Shown here one piece after another: positions 43,360-60,348 of a DNA stretch of 64,000 bases (its first letter is position 1; each line of letters starts with the position of its first letter). Where the stretch lies: the NCBI RefSeq assembly GCF_009914755.1, contig NC_060937.1, one strand, 5' to 3'. The notes under the pieces are model-generated. The model ran no database searches. It was not told the origin of the DNA and saw only the letters and a program-made list of their open reading frames with translations. A program made the translations under genes and the position numbers. Source of the DNA: the human T2T-CHM13v2.0 reference genome, Homo sapiens.

Positions 43360-44560
43360 ATCTGTTCTGAAACTTTATCTGAATGTTCACTTATCATCAT
43401 GATTGATCTTGGCCATTTTAGATATCACTTACATTAAACATCCTTCTCTGAAAATTTTACCTTAGGCTTCCATGATGAAAATTTGCTAGCACCCCCTTTC
43501 CTCGTGACCATGTCTTCTCCCTTTTACAGACAATCTCTCCTGTCCACACTTAGATGTTGGAAATCACACAGGTTCTCTTCTCGCCTCCTTCTTACCTTTC
43601 CCTTACCTTGTATGCCTCGCTTTCCTTCTGTCTTCTGCTCTAGTGCCCTACTTTTAACTTGCCACTTTCATGTTCTCCCCTTTATCCTCCCTCCATTTTT
43701 ATCTTCTGTCCCCTTCCCTTCCTTATTTCATTTTTAGCAACCCCAAATAGCACCAAGAGTTATACCAGTACACTATAATGTCACAAAGACTAGTAATATC
43801 CACCTAGGTCTCTTTGTAAACCTTCTAGTAACCAGTAGACTCCTTGTATAGACGTCAAAAGTTCAACACACTTACAACTGCTTCTTTTCTCACATTCTTA
43901 ATCTCAGTGTCTGGAAACACTGTTCATTCCTTCTATCTCCCATGAAATCCTGGATTCAACCTGGATGACCCTTTCTAATACTCCCGCCTGTTATCAGTTA
44001 CCATATGCTTTGGATTAAAAATATATATATATATGTATACACACACACACACACACATATATATGTAATAATCTCTTGTGCTCATTCACATTTTTAGATT
44101 CACTATTACTGACTCTTCATCTTACTAATTTTCACACTTGACACATTCTTTATAGGATATCAGAATGAGCTTTCTAAAATGTGTATAGAATTACTTAATT
44201 CTTCCCTCTAAAACATTCCAACGAATCTTTCTTACCTAAAAAATGATTTTAAATTCCATTACACACATGCATGTGTGTGTTTATCTATGATCTTACCTTC
44301 TAAATAACCTAATTTAATTATTTGTTATTTTGATCCTTAAATTGGATGCTCCACCTTCCTCATCCTTTGTATATTTGTTCGTTGTACCACTGCTTCTTTC
44401 ACCTGGAAAGCACTTTTCTTCTTGTCTGCAAGGATTATGCCTCCGTTTATCCTTTGAGATTCATCTATTCTAGAAAGCTTTTCTGTCCAGCTAAGTAGAA
44501 TTGGCCATTCCCATTTCAGTGTCTGTATTGTACCTCTTTATTTTGTCCTAACAGTTTATT
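43360..44560 (+). mobile_element. L2 LINE fragment containing a (TA)n(CA)n microsatellite (~44021-44064)
   Basis: ccttaggcttccatgatg..., cacttagatgttgga, agaatgagctttctaaaatg, cacctggaaagcactttt L2 motifs. Confidence 0.55.
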
Positions 44561-45242
44561 CCAATTATTTTATGCTCTAATATCTTTAAAGGTAATACAA
44601 ATACCACATATAACTCTCTGTCAATAGGACTAGTATGGTGTTGGCATATAATAATATGAAACAACAACTTTAATAAAGGGGCAAGTATATATTTTCTCTT
44701 TATACATTTAGCTAACATAAATGTTATTTCATTATGTTCATAGAATCCCATTAGATGTTTAAAGAGAGCTATCCCTGGATACTCTGACTCTAGGAACTCA
44801 CACTCTACAGGGGATCACAGATACACACACTGCAACACAAGGTGGAGTGGGTCTGCAATAACAGAAGTACAAATAATGACTAAATATGGGGATACCAAAG
44901 TGGAAAATGAGTTTAAATCCATTAGAGGGTGGGATTACAATGTAAACTGTCTAAGTGTCATACAGGTAATAAAACTGGGCTTGGGTTAAGGGAAGGTAAT
45001 AAAAGCTTTAGAAATAATTGTGAGAATTCAGATTTTCCTGTTCATGCAGAAGAGCCATCAGACACAAGATAAGCAAAGAGTGCAAGTGAGGAGATTGTGC
45101 ATTTAAGGCTAATTTTGAAGCGTTCATTAGTGTGCATTGCATGATACACCATGTGGTAAGTGTTAGGAAAGACACAACATTTTAACTAATAAATTATTGT
45201 TTTAACTAATAAAACACATCACAAAGAAGCTTTAAAATTTCC

Positions 45243-46112
45243 TGATAACAGAATGATTTATATTCCTTTGGACATATACCCAGTAATGTGATTGCTGAGT
45301 AAAATGGTATTTCTGGTTCTATGTCTTTGAGGAATTGCCCCACTACCTTCCACAATGGTTGAACTAATTGATATTGCCACCAACAGTGTAAAAGTGTTCC
45401 TATTTCTCCACAGCCTCGCCAGCATCTGTTGTTTCTTGACTTTTTAATAATCACCATTCTGACTGGTGTGAAGTGGTATCTTGTGGTTTAGATTTGCTTT
45501 TCTCTAATAACCAGTGATATTGAGATTTTTTTCTTGTTTGTTGGCTGCATGAATGTCTTCTTCTGAGAAGTATCTGTTCATGTCCTTTGCCTACTTTTTG
45601 ATGGGGTTGTTTGTTTTTTTCTTACAAATTTGTTTAAGATATGCACACATATGTTCATTGCAGCACTATTCACCATAGCAAATACATGGAATCAACTCAG
45701 ATACCCATCAATGATAGACTGGATAAAGAAAATGTGGTACATATACATCATGGAATACTATGCACCCATAAAAAGGAATGATATCATGTCCTTTGCAGGG
45801 ACATGGATGGAACTGGAAGCCATTATCCTCAGCAAACTAACACAAAAACAGAAAACCAAATACTACATGTTGTCACTTATAAGTGGGAGCAGAACAATAA
45901 AAACATATGGACACAGGGAGGGAAACAACACACTGGGGTCTATTTCGGGGTTGTGGGGAGGGAGAGCATCAGGATAAATAGCTAATGCATGCTGGGCTTA
46001 ATACCTAGGTGATGGATTGATAAGTGTGGCAAACCACCATGGCAAATGCTTACCTATGTAACAAACCTTCATGTCCTGCACATGTATCACAGAACTTAAA
46101 ATAAAATATAAT
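45243..46112 (+). mobile_element. L1PA10-13-like 3' fragment with 5' inversion
   Basis: Minus-strand ORF2 piece ~45243-45638 ([17 protein letters not shown]) joined to plus-strand ORF2 end and 3'UTR 45636-46112. Confidence 0.9.
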
Positions 46113-47719
46113 ATACTTTTTAAACTTCTGATTAAGAAAAAACATAACTAAGACACAAGGCATCAGGATCCTAAGAGAATCACAGAAATAGTAGTATGGC
46201 AATATCATCTTTGGCAAAATTTATGTTCCCTGAAATTAAGGTCTGGTCTGTCTTGTCCTCCCGTAAATTCTGTTTTCTTAAATACATGGCCCATGCTTGT
46301 TTAATGAAAGCTGAGATATACTGAGAATGATTTAGGGGAATGAGAAAATGGCTTTTTGGAGGAGGTGACATTTAAAGTAAACTTTGACAAAGTATAAGGT
46401 CTTGCTTTGATGACCAGTATCTATTTTCTTTTTTGACAATTATACTCAGTTTCTTTGAAAAGAAATGTCTTTTCTATTGTGGGCTGTCTTGAGGAAGCTG
46501 TCAATCAATATACTCTTTTTTTGCCCTGAGTCTCTTTCCCAGTATCTGACCCTGACATCAAAGAATACAAGGAAGCAAAACACACGTGCAGCTTATTTAT
46601 TCCTGAGGCAGGGCCTATGTGAGTCTGTAGACTAAGTTCCTTACAGGGATGCTGTTTGACATGTCCTGTCTGAGTCAGACTATGTAGCTGTTTCTTTGAT
46701 TTTGTGATCTACCCATCATCCTTACACATTGACATTTTTGCTTCAATCAGGCAGGTAGAATTGTTTTAGTTTATTGTTAATAGTAGTCAAACAACACAAG
46801 TTGGTGCAATAATTAACATACCAAAAAGTTTTGCTTTTTTATATTTACGTAACTATTATATTTCATGGAAAATTTCACAGTTTGCTGAGCATTAGAACAT
46901 AGAGGGGGGAAACAAACTCACAAACCTAGTTCCCCTGCCAACCAAATTGTAGATAGCTGAGTTCCAGGTAGTCTTCATACAAATTTGCCATGGAATGTTA
47001 GACAATTCACTGAGCCATTTGAAAAGTTAGTTTATAAAAGTTACCATCCTGCACTTATCTAATATTATATCAATCAACTGATCATTACCATGATTCTAGC
47101 TATATTCTTTATATTGTGAAGTTTTCATTGATTTTGACAGTGTTTTTGGTGTGCTATTATGGAATACAGTCATGTGAAGCCTGGCTTCACGTGTGCAAAT
47201 CTATGCCCTGTAGAGAAAGGAGGAGGGATCATGAGAAATTCCTTTACTGACCAAGCGTCCTCACTGATGAATTGAGAAAGAGGATACCTGTGTGTGTTGG
47301 TGGAGGTGGGGGGAGTCCCTTTATTTATTTTTTTTCTTTAATGCTTCTGTTCTTTCCAGTATGCTTTAAAATAAAATATTGAAAATCTTCTAAGGAATAA
47401 AGGCATGCAGGTTAGGTGAACAAATAAAGAGTGTGTTTGTTTATAATGGTAGTATATCAACGATTTCAGCAGTGAAAAGACTACTGCAGAAGGGTTTGGG
47501 GAAACACAGTTTCCACATAAACATTCTTTTGGTCTTCATTTATTCCATCTGGAAAATAAAAACTAATAACCATATGATTTTAATCAAAAGACTATCTGGG
47601 TCAGAGTAGGGAATTTCCAAGTGCCCTTCAGCTGATTTTTCTGAGTTAGCAACGTAACTGGGATGTAAGGGTAGGCTTAGAGGGTGACACTCCATTGGCC
47701 TTTGCTTCTCTTTTACATC

Positions 47720-49905
<2,186 letters not shown>

Positions 49906-50632
49906 TATCAAATAAAAATCCAACAACAAATGCAAATGATATTTATAAATATGCCTCTATATTTAAATTGATTATGAGACCATCAAAAATTATTGTTTGT
50001 AGTCAATAAAAATGTGTGTTTTCTCATTAACACTTTTTTAGTTCCTTTGAGAAGCTAATGGTCATTATATGGAAAATCATTTAGTTAATTTCCCATTATC
50101 AAGTACAGGATATAAGTCTTCTATAATCACAGAGGGGTAACCCTGAATTTACATACTTTAAAGGATGGGCACCCTTGGACACAATATTTACTATCAAAAT
50201 AAAATTTGACATGTAGTCCCAAGTCCTTCCACTTCAGCCAAAGCCCAAATATTCTTGTCATAATATCCCAAAATAAAAAGTTATACCGTTTATGAAGTAA
50301 CAACCTGAGAAGAACGTAATCATTTTTCTTCTTTCCTGGAATATAAATAAGGGTAAATCATTTCACATATATCCCAGTCTGTACATAAAATATCCTGTTT
50401 ACTATAGCTGAGATTCAATATTAACAAAAATAACATTTTATAGAGATAAGTTAATTTCTGTCCTGGTCACTTATTAGCTAAAAACTCTCAAGCAAATGGC
50501 TTAACTTCTGTCATCCTCAGATTTCTCGTTTATATGAGGGAAAATAACAACTGCATCATAGGTTTGTGGTATGGCTTAAATAAGCTAATGTTGGTTACTA
50601 TATGTGGGTAAATAATACTGTGGGTTACTATG

Positions 50633-50674
50633 TGTTTTAGTCAGGGTTCTCTAGAGGGACAGAAGTAATAGAAT

Positions 50675-50725
<51 letters not shown>

Positions 50726-51108
50726 GAGAGTTTATTAGAGAATATTAACTCACATGATCACAGGGTCCTGCTTTAGATTGTCTGCAAGCTGAGGAGCAAG
50801 GAAGCCAGTCCAAGTCCCAAAGCTGAAGAACTTGGAGTCCGATGTTCGAGTGCAGGAAGCATCCAGCCCGGGAGAAAGATGTAAGCTGGGAGGCTAGGCC
50901 AGTCTAGCCTTTTCACATTTTTTTCGACCTGCTTAATGTCCTGGCTGTGCTGGCAGCTGATTAGATGGTGCCCACCCAGATTAAGGGTGGGTCTGCCTTT
51001 CCCAGCCCACTGATGCAAATGTTAATCTCCTTTGGCAACACCCTCACAGACACACCCAGGAACAATACTTTGCATACTTCAATCAAGTTGACACTATTAA
51101 CCATCACA
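50633..51108 (-). mobile_element. MLT2A (MLT2A1-like, HERV-L) solo LTR
   Basis: tagtcagggttctctagagggacagaa ... ctgaagaacttggagtccgatgttcgag ... ttaaccatcaca; flanks ctatg/ctatc. Confidence 0.92.
50677..50720. repeat. (AGAT)11 tetranucleotide STR
   Basis: 11 uninterrupted AGAT units inside the MLT2A LTR. Confidence 0.97.
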
Positions 51109-52184
51109 CTATCTAAATGTCTCTTGTTATTATTATGAATTCCAGGATGTAGAAACTGTTACTAAGAGTGAGGAACATCTCTCAACAATGGACCAGAATA
51201 ATCATTGACAATTTGAGAATATCACATAATTGATATTAAAAGTATAACATTTTCATGGAGTATATATAAAAACTGTGAATAGATTCAAATGAAATCTTTA
51301 TGAACATGTTCGTATTATACTGTAAAATGCAATCATATGGCAGGAATCTATGAATGTAAGTGCTAAAAAATAAAGCCATCAGCATATATACTCTGTAGTG
51401 AAGGAAGGCACATTTAAAAGTACGCAAACAAGTAATATATATCTAAGTAGGATTTGAGACTTGCAACTTGGCAGGGATTGTTGAATCAAGGCCTTTCCCC
51501 CTGTGATAAATACTAACTTAACAATTATTGTTTGTTTTTATAAAACAAAATTTACTCCTCATTTATGAACTTATAAAATATAACTTGTAAATTATACCTT
51601 ACCATTCGGATTACAAAAAAGGAAAGTAGAGTACAATGATCAGTTTAAACAGCAAAGTTGTATTTCCAGATGTAATGTTTTTAATTTTAATGAATATTTT
51701 TGTGACTATTAAATCTTAGGAAAAGTAAATTATTCTGATGCCAGTTTGCAGGATGTTAGAGGCTAGACTCAAACAATATATTATACCATATTATTTAAAC
51801 ACTTCGTAATGCAGAATAAAATTGGATGTAAGGAAATATAAATGAGTCATTAAGGTTCTATTTCAGCATAAACATATCAAATGATTCTTGCAACATGTGC
51901 TCATATGACAAAGAGCTATATATCCATATTTTATTTGGGGAGTAAAAGCATCGTGTCTCCTCAACTAGAGAATTATGCCGCATAAAATAATTACCATGTA
52001 GATCATTTTTTGGAAGAAACATTGAAAATGATCATGAAAATTAAGTGTGAAGCCACTTCTGAAATTTTCAAGGATAATTTTTAAAGTAAGAAATGTTAGA
52101 AAAATCAAAATCAGGCATAAAATTATCCAGGGTACAAGTCGACAATTTCTCACTTTCTCAGACCATTGCTTCAAATTAAAATTT

Positions 52185-52317
52185 ATTTTTATTTTTTGTA
52201 GAGACGGGGTCTCACTAAGTCGCCCAGGTCCAACTCCTGGTCTTCAGCAATTCTACAACCTCCAACCTTAGCTTCCCAGGGTATTAGAATTGCAGGCATG
52301 AACCATCACATCTGACC
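52185..52317 (-). mobile_element. FLAM/Alu left monomer
   Basis: tttgtagagacggggtctcact ... gaattgcaggcatgaaccatcacatctgacc. Confidence 0.75.
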
Positions 52318-54126
52318 AGATCTTTTGTTTTTCTTTTTCTTTTTCTTTTTCTTTTTTTTTTTTTCAGAATTGTTTCTACTACTAGTAAAACTGTGACTTA
52401 AATAATTAAAACAGGACAGAATTTGTTATCCTTGCCACTCAGCTCATAATATAATTCCTCCTAAAATGCTGTTATATTACTAAAAGTCTATGTATACCAG
52501 ATTATGATTTCATATTCATGAAGTTCAATGGTGTACTTTGTTATATAAATTAATCACATATAAAATCATTCATATGCGATAATAAATATCAGAAAACAAA
52601 TATATATATATAAATTAAAATGGAATGTTTAAAAGTAGTAAACTTCATTTTTACAACCGTCATACGGTAAAATTTGAAAATGCTACAGTTTACCATTGTC
52701 ATATAGTGACGTATTTCAAAGTATAAGTAGAAAAATTAGCTGGATAATTAGGTGCAGCTAACTGTGCAGTGATATCTGATACCTATTGGTACTAAAAGGA
52801 ATAAAGAGTGAAAATTACCTTGCACGAAGTGTTTCACATGACACACACTTGATAAATGTCAAGTCTTTTCTACTCTCCTGAGAATTAGCAGATTCGCAGA
52901 GCTAAGCAATTTACAGCACGTTTGTCAATTCATTTCTATAACCCTCTATTTATCCACAAGGTTGATATGCCTGAGATCTCAGTCTCTCTCTCTCTCTCTC
53001 GCTCTTCCTCTGATTCTAATTATTTGGAAAATCCCATAAAATTTTAATTTTTATTATTAATTGGAAAGGCTTACTTCTTCAGCCAGCTGAAACAAATATT
53101 TATTGACCACCAATTATTTATCAGTATGGGGTTAAATTTTAGTTGTAGAAGCATGGTATGAAATTCCCCATAGGAGCTTAGACTAAAGGTCAATGAAACT
53201 TGGATAGAAATCATTTCAATACAACGTGAGAAGGGCTAAGAGATGGATTGTGCCAGGTGCCTACCTTTTATTTCAGTATATTTTTACTGAATACACATTA
53301 CAAATGTTTCAAAGAATACGTTTGGATTACATTGCACATAATATGAATTATATTGCATATGATTTAAGTATAATATCATATAAAGGCTGTAAACATACAG
53401 AGTATTTTACTGAGTAAACTAGCTCTGACAGCTCCATAAAGAAATAAGTGACTCTAACATAATGTGGCACAAAAGAGTTGAATTAGTATAGCAAAAATAT
53501 AGAATTTTGACAATTCATGCAATACATTGATTTTATTAGTAAGTTACATTATATTTATTTTAGTACCTCATATCTAAATGTGTGTGTATGTATGTATACA
53601 TGTATATATATTTCCCTTTTGAAAAATATGCAAAATGTTGAGACTTGTAAATTATAAATTATGAGTTATATTTTCCATGACTCTCTGTAAATGAATCCTT
53701 AATCAAGTGTAGTATATATACTTTGTGTTTGAATGACATTGACATTAAGCATTTAGTAAGTTGAATTTCTTAGAAAATTGACTAGGTAAATATTAAAATA
53801 CAAATATTAATTTACTTCAAACATTTGAAGCCCCAAAGTTTGAAAATACAGATAGGGCAAATGGCAATTCTCCTAATATATAGAAAAAGAGTGATATATT
53901 TGCTTAGGGCTTCTAGATTCTGTAATAACAAAAGACACTTTACAAGGTTTTCTTGAGTCAAGTATTAAATATAACAAATGCAAAGCCAAAAACACAGTTG
54001 GAGTTTTGTCTAGTCAATGGTAGTTAGCTATAATTTCACAATTTCATCCCAAAGGGAAAGTTTTAAAAAGAGAGTATTTCTCATTTGCTTTTAAAACTTA
54101 ACTGTTCTATCAAGAAAGGCCAGCCA

Positions 54127-54420
54127 GTCCTGGAGTGGTGGCTCAAGGCTTTAATCCCAGTACTTCGGGAGGCCAAGGCAAGCGGATTACTTGAGGCCAG
54201 GAGTTTGAAACCAGCCTGGCCAAGATGGTGAAACCTCTTCTTTACTGAAAAAATTAGCCACGTATGGTGGCACATGCCTGTATTCCCAGTTACCTGGGAG
54301 GCTGAGGTATGAGAATCGCTTGAACCCCGGGGGTGGAGGTTGCAGTGAGTCCGGATCCCGCCACCGCACTCCAGCCTGGGTTTCAGAGAAAGACTCTGCT
54401 TAAAAAGAAATAATAATTAA
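54127..54420 (+). mobile_element. AluS/J SINE
   Basis: Full dimer; TSD aaaggc(c/t)agcca at 54115-54126 and 54435-54446. Confidence 0.93.
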
Positions 54421-56313
54421 TTAAGTAATTTTAAAAAGGCTAGCCAATTGTCACCTGAAAGAGTATCTGTTTAGTAGAATGCAGTTAAATATGCTGTGTG
54501 TGTGCGTGTGCGTGTGTGTGTGTATGAGGCCCATCTTTCTCTCTGTGTTCATTCTTTTCACAAAATTAAGTTAAGTAGCCATCAGTTTTGGTTTAAGATC
54601 TATATTATGGTGATCACACAAATCAAATCTTGGCTACTGATCTGACTCCTATGTTATTCTGTTTGTGTTTCTTATTGGGCTCTGTGACCTTTGGGAACTT
54701 GCTTGATTTCTCTGCCATTTTTATCCCTATCTCAAATGCGTATTTTGAAATTTTAATGTCATTGTTAATGTGAAGAACTCAGCCAGTAACTGGCATGCAG
54801 TTGATGCGTAGTAAAAGTTGGGGGTAAAAGGAATACAGTGACTTTACACCATAGAAACGTGGATGATTACAACTGGAAGGAATATCACCTTCTCATTTCC
54901 TGTATCAGGTAGAAAAACATTCCAAATAGGCAACAAGGCTTACATAAAAGCAGAAGTGAGAACTCAAAGTAAGGCTACCAGCTCTCAGTATATTGATTAT
55001 TTTGAGTGATGTGTACACTATTTTACTTCCATCCACTGATATTGAACCCTAATATGAGAATAAAAGCAAGGATTTTTAATGTTTTTGAACGGCAGTGTTT
55101 GCCTTGTATTTTCAGCTGGGGAAAAAAAAAAAGAAAAAGAAACATGTTTAAACCAGAAATTTTAGCAACAGCACTGACATTCTGACTTTCATGAAGAAAA
55201 TTCTTTGAAAGTTACTGGTAATGTTCCAAAGCCAGATCATCTGCAGTTCACTCCTATCAAAAAGCTTTCATGGTTGAGAGTAACGCTCCTGGAATTTCTT
55301 AGATTAAACCTAAGAAATTTGAGCTCACAGAGCTGCCACAAAAAAAAAAAAACAAAACAAAACAAAAAAAAAAAACACATATTTCTCAAAGAGAAAATTC
55401 TCATGGTCCCCAAATGAAGGAAAAGATAACTGACTTATTTTTCAGCATTTTTGGAAAGAAAGGCAGATGACTAAATAATAAATATATAAATAAGGTTATA
55501 TATATTAAGATACGATATGACTTTAAAGTTTTCAGCAAATAATTTTGTAACTTAAGATTATACATAAATACTCTACCTTTAGATCACATTATGTCTAACT
55601 GCTCATACTTGTTTTTCAAATCAGGTCGTTCAAGTCCCTGAAACTGTGTTACAGAGAATGGTCAGATAGAACAGCTCATTTAATTTGTATTCCAAAGTCT
55701 AGGATTACCATCTACCCTGCAGTAATGCTCACATCCTTTTAGAAGTATCCAGAATTTTGGACATAAAAACTCAGAGAGATGTCATTCTTAATTTTAAATG
55801 AAAAAAAAGCGATAAAAGTTTACATCCTGGTTACTTAAGTTTAATAATTCAGACTAAAATGCCAAATTTACAGAAAATCAAGAAATCTCAGATTTTTTAA
55901 GGATGTGACTGCAATGCATGAAAATTGAGAACATTTTTATTACTAAAACAGTAAGCTAGATGTAAACACAGAAAAAAATTGTTTTACTGTTTAGCAATGA
56001 ATACTGTTACTTTTATATAATTTATAGTCTTAAAATACGAGAAAAAATAAGAGTTGAGATATCTGCCAAATTATTGATGAGATACTGTAATTTTTATTAT
56101 TTTCTTTGGTGAATAAGCCTTTCATTAAAGTATTATAAAAAGTTTTTATTTTGTTAACAAATATAATTTTACTCTATAAATTATAGATACGAATTAACTT
56201 TAACCCCTCTCAAAATAAAAAGGGAGTTATGTACATGATAAACAGCTGTAATACCAAAGGGGTAAACTTCAGGGTGACGTTAATTCTGTAGGAAATTATC
56301 AACTTGTTGGTAA

Positions 56314-56626
<313 letters not shown>

Positions 56627-57096
56627 TAAATTGTATGTCTTCATATTATTGAGGGCATTGTAATTTAGTAAAATCTCAAAAAAAGAACAAATAACTGGAT
56701 TTTCTCCTTCTGATTTTTATATAAAAGAGACACATGCCAAAACAACACTGTATTATTATGTTTTATTGTAAGGTTTTGTAATATTAATACATTTTTTCAA
56801 TATAATGTTTTATAATTTTTATTGTATAATCTAAGAGCCATTAGATAATTTCAAATATTTTGAAACTATAACAATAAAGATTATTCAGTTGTTCATAGCA
56901 TGGCTAAGTTCAAAACCAAGGAAATGTAAATGCAGTTACTCATAAAATATAGTTAGCCAAAATAATATATGTTCATTCCCTCTCTGTGAGACCATTGTGT
57001 CTCTATTTTTTAATATAATCAATAAATTATGATTAAATATAAATCACCACATGCTTGTGTAATAAACCCACTATGGCAACTAAAAAAATTATGTGA

Positions 57097-57413
<317 letters not shown>

Positions 57414-60051
57414 TAAGAAAGGCTTTCACAACAACATTTTATTTTGTCAACTAAACCAATATTATTAAATTATGTTTGTTGAATACTTTAATCATCACTT
57501 TTGCTTCTAAAAGTGTTTTTTTGTGGAATGATTAAACCTAAATTTCACAGAATGCAATTAAGTCTTAAATCAACATAATATTCTAACCAGAAAATACGCT
57601 GTATTTTCTACTTTATATTCTGTATATTTTAACTGATTCTATTGATTTAAAGACAGCCATGAATGAAGAGGACGAATTTAAAAGCAATATTACAGTATGA
57701 ATAAAATATAATAACGAACTATTTATTAACTAAGACCCATCAAAAGGTTATGGTGATATCGAACTTCTGACACAGAGACCTTGGAAATATAAGGAACGTT
57801 CCTCAGCTGTGCGCACTTGTCATCTCTTTCTATTACAACGCACACTAACACTTTTTCCTATTCCTACCATTACATTTTAATTAATAGAGCTATATTTGAT
57901 TTCACAATTTAATGATGTATATTTTTTCATAAAGAAGTTTGATTTTAATCCAGTTGGTAAGGTTAGATACTGGGATTTTCTAAGGAAAATGTCATCTTGG
58001 AAGGTTGTGAATTTGATTTGGAATCACCTGCTGAGTTCTCAGAGGTCTACTCGATAATTCAGAAACCATTTATCGGATTGTTACGAATATAAGAAAAAGA
58101 AGAGGAAACTTCATTATAAGGTATCTTTCTGACTCCTCTCCCTTAGCTGATACATCTAAAATAAGCCTTGGGGGTAAATATTTGAAAGAAATGTTAGCAT
58201 TTATGGAAACATAGTAAAACATAAGGCTAGCAGAATGTCTTTTTTGAGTCTACCCTAGAAGCTCTGAGGTTAAAAAAACAAATAAATAAAGATATGCATT
58301 ATATTTTGGTAAGGAAAATGATATCCTCATGGATATATCTTAAGAAATTCGTTAAACCAAGTATATTTATCCAAGATCCAGGGTATCTTGCTTTCCTCTA
58401 ACTTAAGCTCATTACACTAATTTTAGCTGTGTTTTATTCTCATAGGAATTCTCAAGATATATAGAACCCAACTACTCTAAAAGATCAGGATAGAATGAAA
58501 ATCAATGTCTTTATAAGGCAAAAGGATGGCTTAATCATTGGCAAGGACTTAACATGTGCTTTTTACATTATGGTTTCCTCCATTTCTCATGTGTCACTCC
58601 AAAAATTTTATGAGAATATTACTTATACTATCAAAACATATCCTCAGTCAAGATATAAATTTTCACAGGATGGGCATATATTTCAAAGTTCTCCCTATTG
58701 ATCCTTAAGCATGTCTCCATATGCTTAGCAAATCTAGCCCTTTGCTAGGGAGAATAATGTATCAACCGCTGGAAACTTCTTTTTCCTTATTCAATGTGTA
58801 TTTGGTCTGCCTCTCTCTCCCACTGTGCATACAGATTATTCTGCTGCTAATGCTTGACATGCTGTCAGAATAGTTGAAATAAGACATGATACATGAGAAA
58901 GAGAAGAATACATAACTGGAAGGAGAGCATCCAAGACAACTCAGAAAATAAACAGGAACCAAATCCTTCCCATGGTCTTGGAATCACCTGCTGTGAATGT
59001 CTGTTTAAACTATTGTGGACTTGTTTTGTCTACATAAATGTACTGCAAATGCAAAGTTTACTGGAAACGTGATTTTGAACCTTGCTTTACTTAATATATT
59101 TTTTTGTTTATTATACTTCAAAACTTTTAATAGACAATTGAAGCAAATTTACTCAATTTCAGAAATCTGTTATAGTTTTTGAAGCAATCTTCCTATCTCG
59201 GGATTGCAGTTCTAAACGAAATAAGAAACAATGTAAAACTATTTTTTAAATCTACCCATCATGTATGAATTGGGTTGATTTCAAAAATCACTCATTAGGT
59301 GGTTTTGAATTAAGCACAGCAGTACAAACAAACATTAATAAACAATTTTCTGATTTGCAGAAACTCACAATTCACTTAAGAGTTAAAACAAACAAAATAT
59401 AACTATAATAAATAGCATATGATTTGACAGTCAGCTACATATCATTTCCCTCTCCTCTGGCAAATAGCTGGGTCATTCAGCCATGCAACTAAACTAGTAC
59501 CTAGTGGATCACTGGAAAAGTTTCCCAGTCTAAACTCAGTTACATTTAGTAGCTCTTCATGTTCAAAAATTATATTCGTGATCCAGCATTAGTACCAGAC
59601 CTTCAGACATATTATTTCATTAATAATGTCTCACTTAGACTGTTTTCTACCAAGCATATTTACTTTCAGTTGGCCAAACTAACATGAGAATTGAAATCTG
59701 TTTTATGAAAAAAGGGAACTCTTGACCAGTCAACATTCAATATATTATAACTTGTATTTACCACTGAATTATTTAATGTAAGTTATTAAGAACATATTAT
59801 ATTTTGAAAACTCCTTATAATGGGTTACAGAAGAAATATGTGTACTCAAAAGTAATGTAGGCATGAAGCACGACAATATTTTTGGATTTAGCATTTGTTT
59901 CTTTTCTGGGTCAACCTGTGTATACCTAAAATTTTGAGTAAGTGGCAAATAAACACTTAAATTTAATATTTTTAATTTGTCATATATTATACTAATAAAA
60001 TGAAGCAGGTAAGAGTCTTCTATCTGAGGACTTTCAAAAGTATTATTTTCA

Positions 60052-60348
60052 TTTTCTTCCTTGGAGTAAGACAGGGTTTCACTTTGTCATCCAGGCTGGA
60101 GTACAGTGGCAGAGTCACAGCTCACTGGAGTCTTAGACTCCAGGAAAAAAGTGATTCCCATCTTAGACTCTCTAGTAGGCTAGAATTATAGGTAAGTACC
60201 ACCACATTGGGCTAACTTTTAAATTTTTTGTAGAGATGGAGTCTCTCCATGTTACCCACGTTGGTCTCAAACTCCTGGCCTCAAGCGATTCTCCCGCCTT
60301 GGCCTCCCACAATGCTGAAATTACAGGTGTGAGCCACCATGCCTAGGC
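60052..60348 (-). mobile_element. AluJ SINE
   Basis: Diverged dimer: agacagggtttcact...tccaggctggagtacagtggc...aactcctggcctcaagcgattctcccgcc. Confidence 0.9.
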
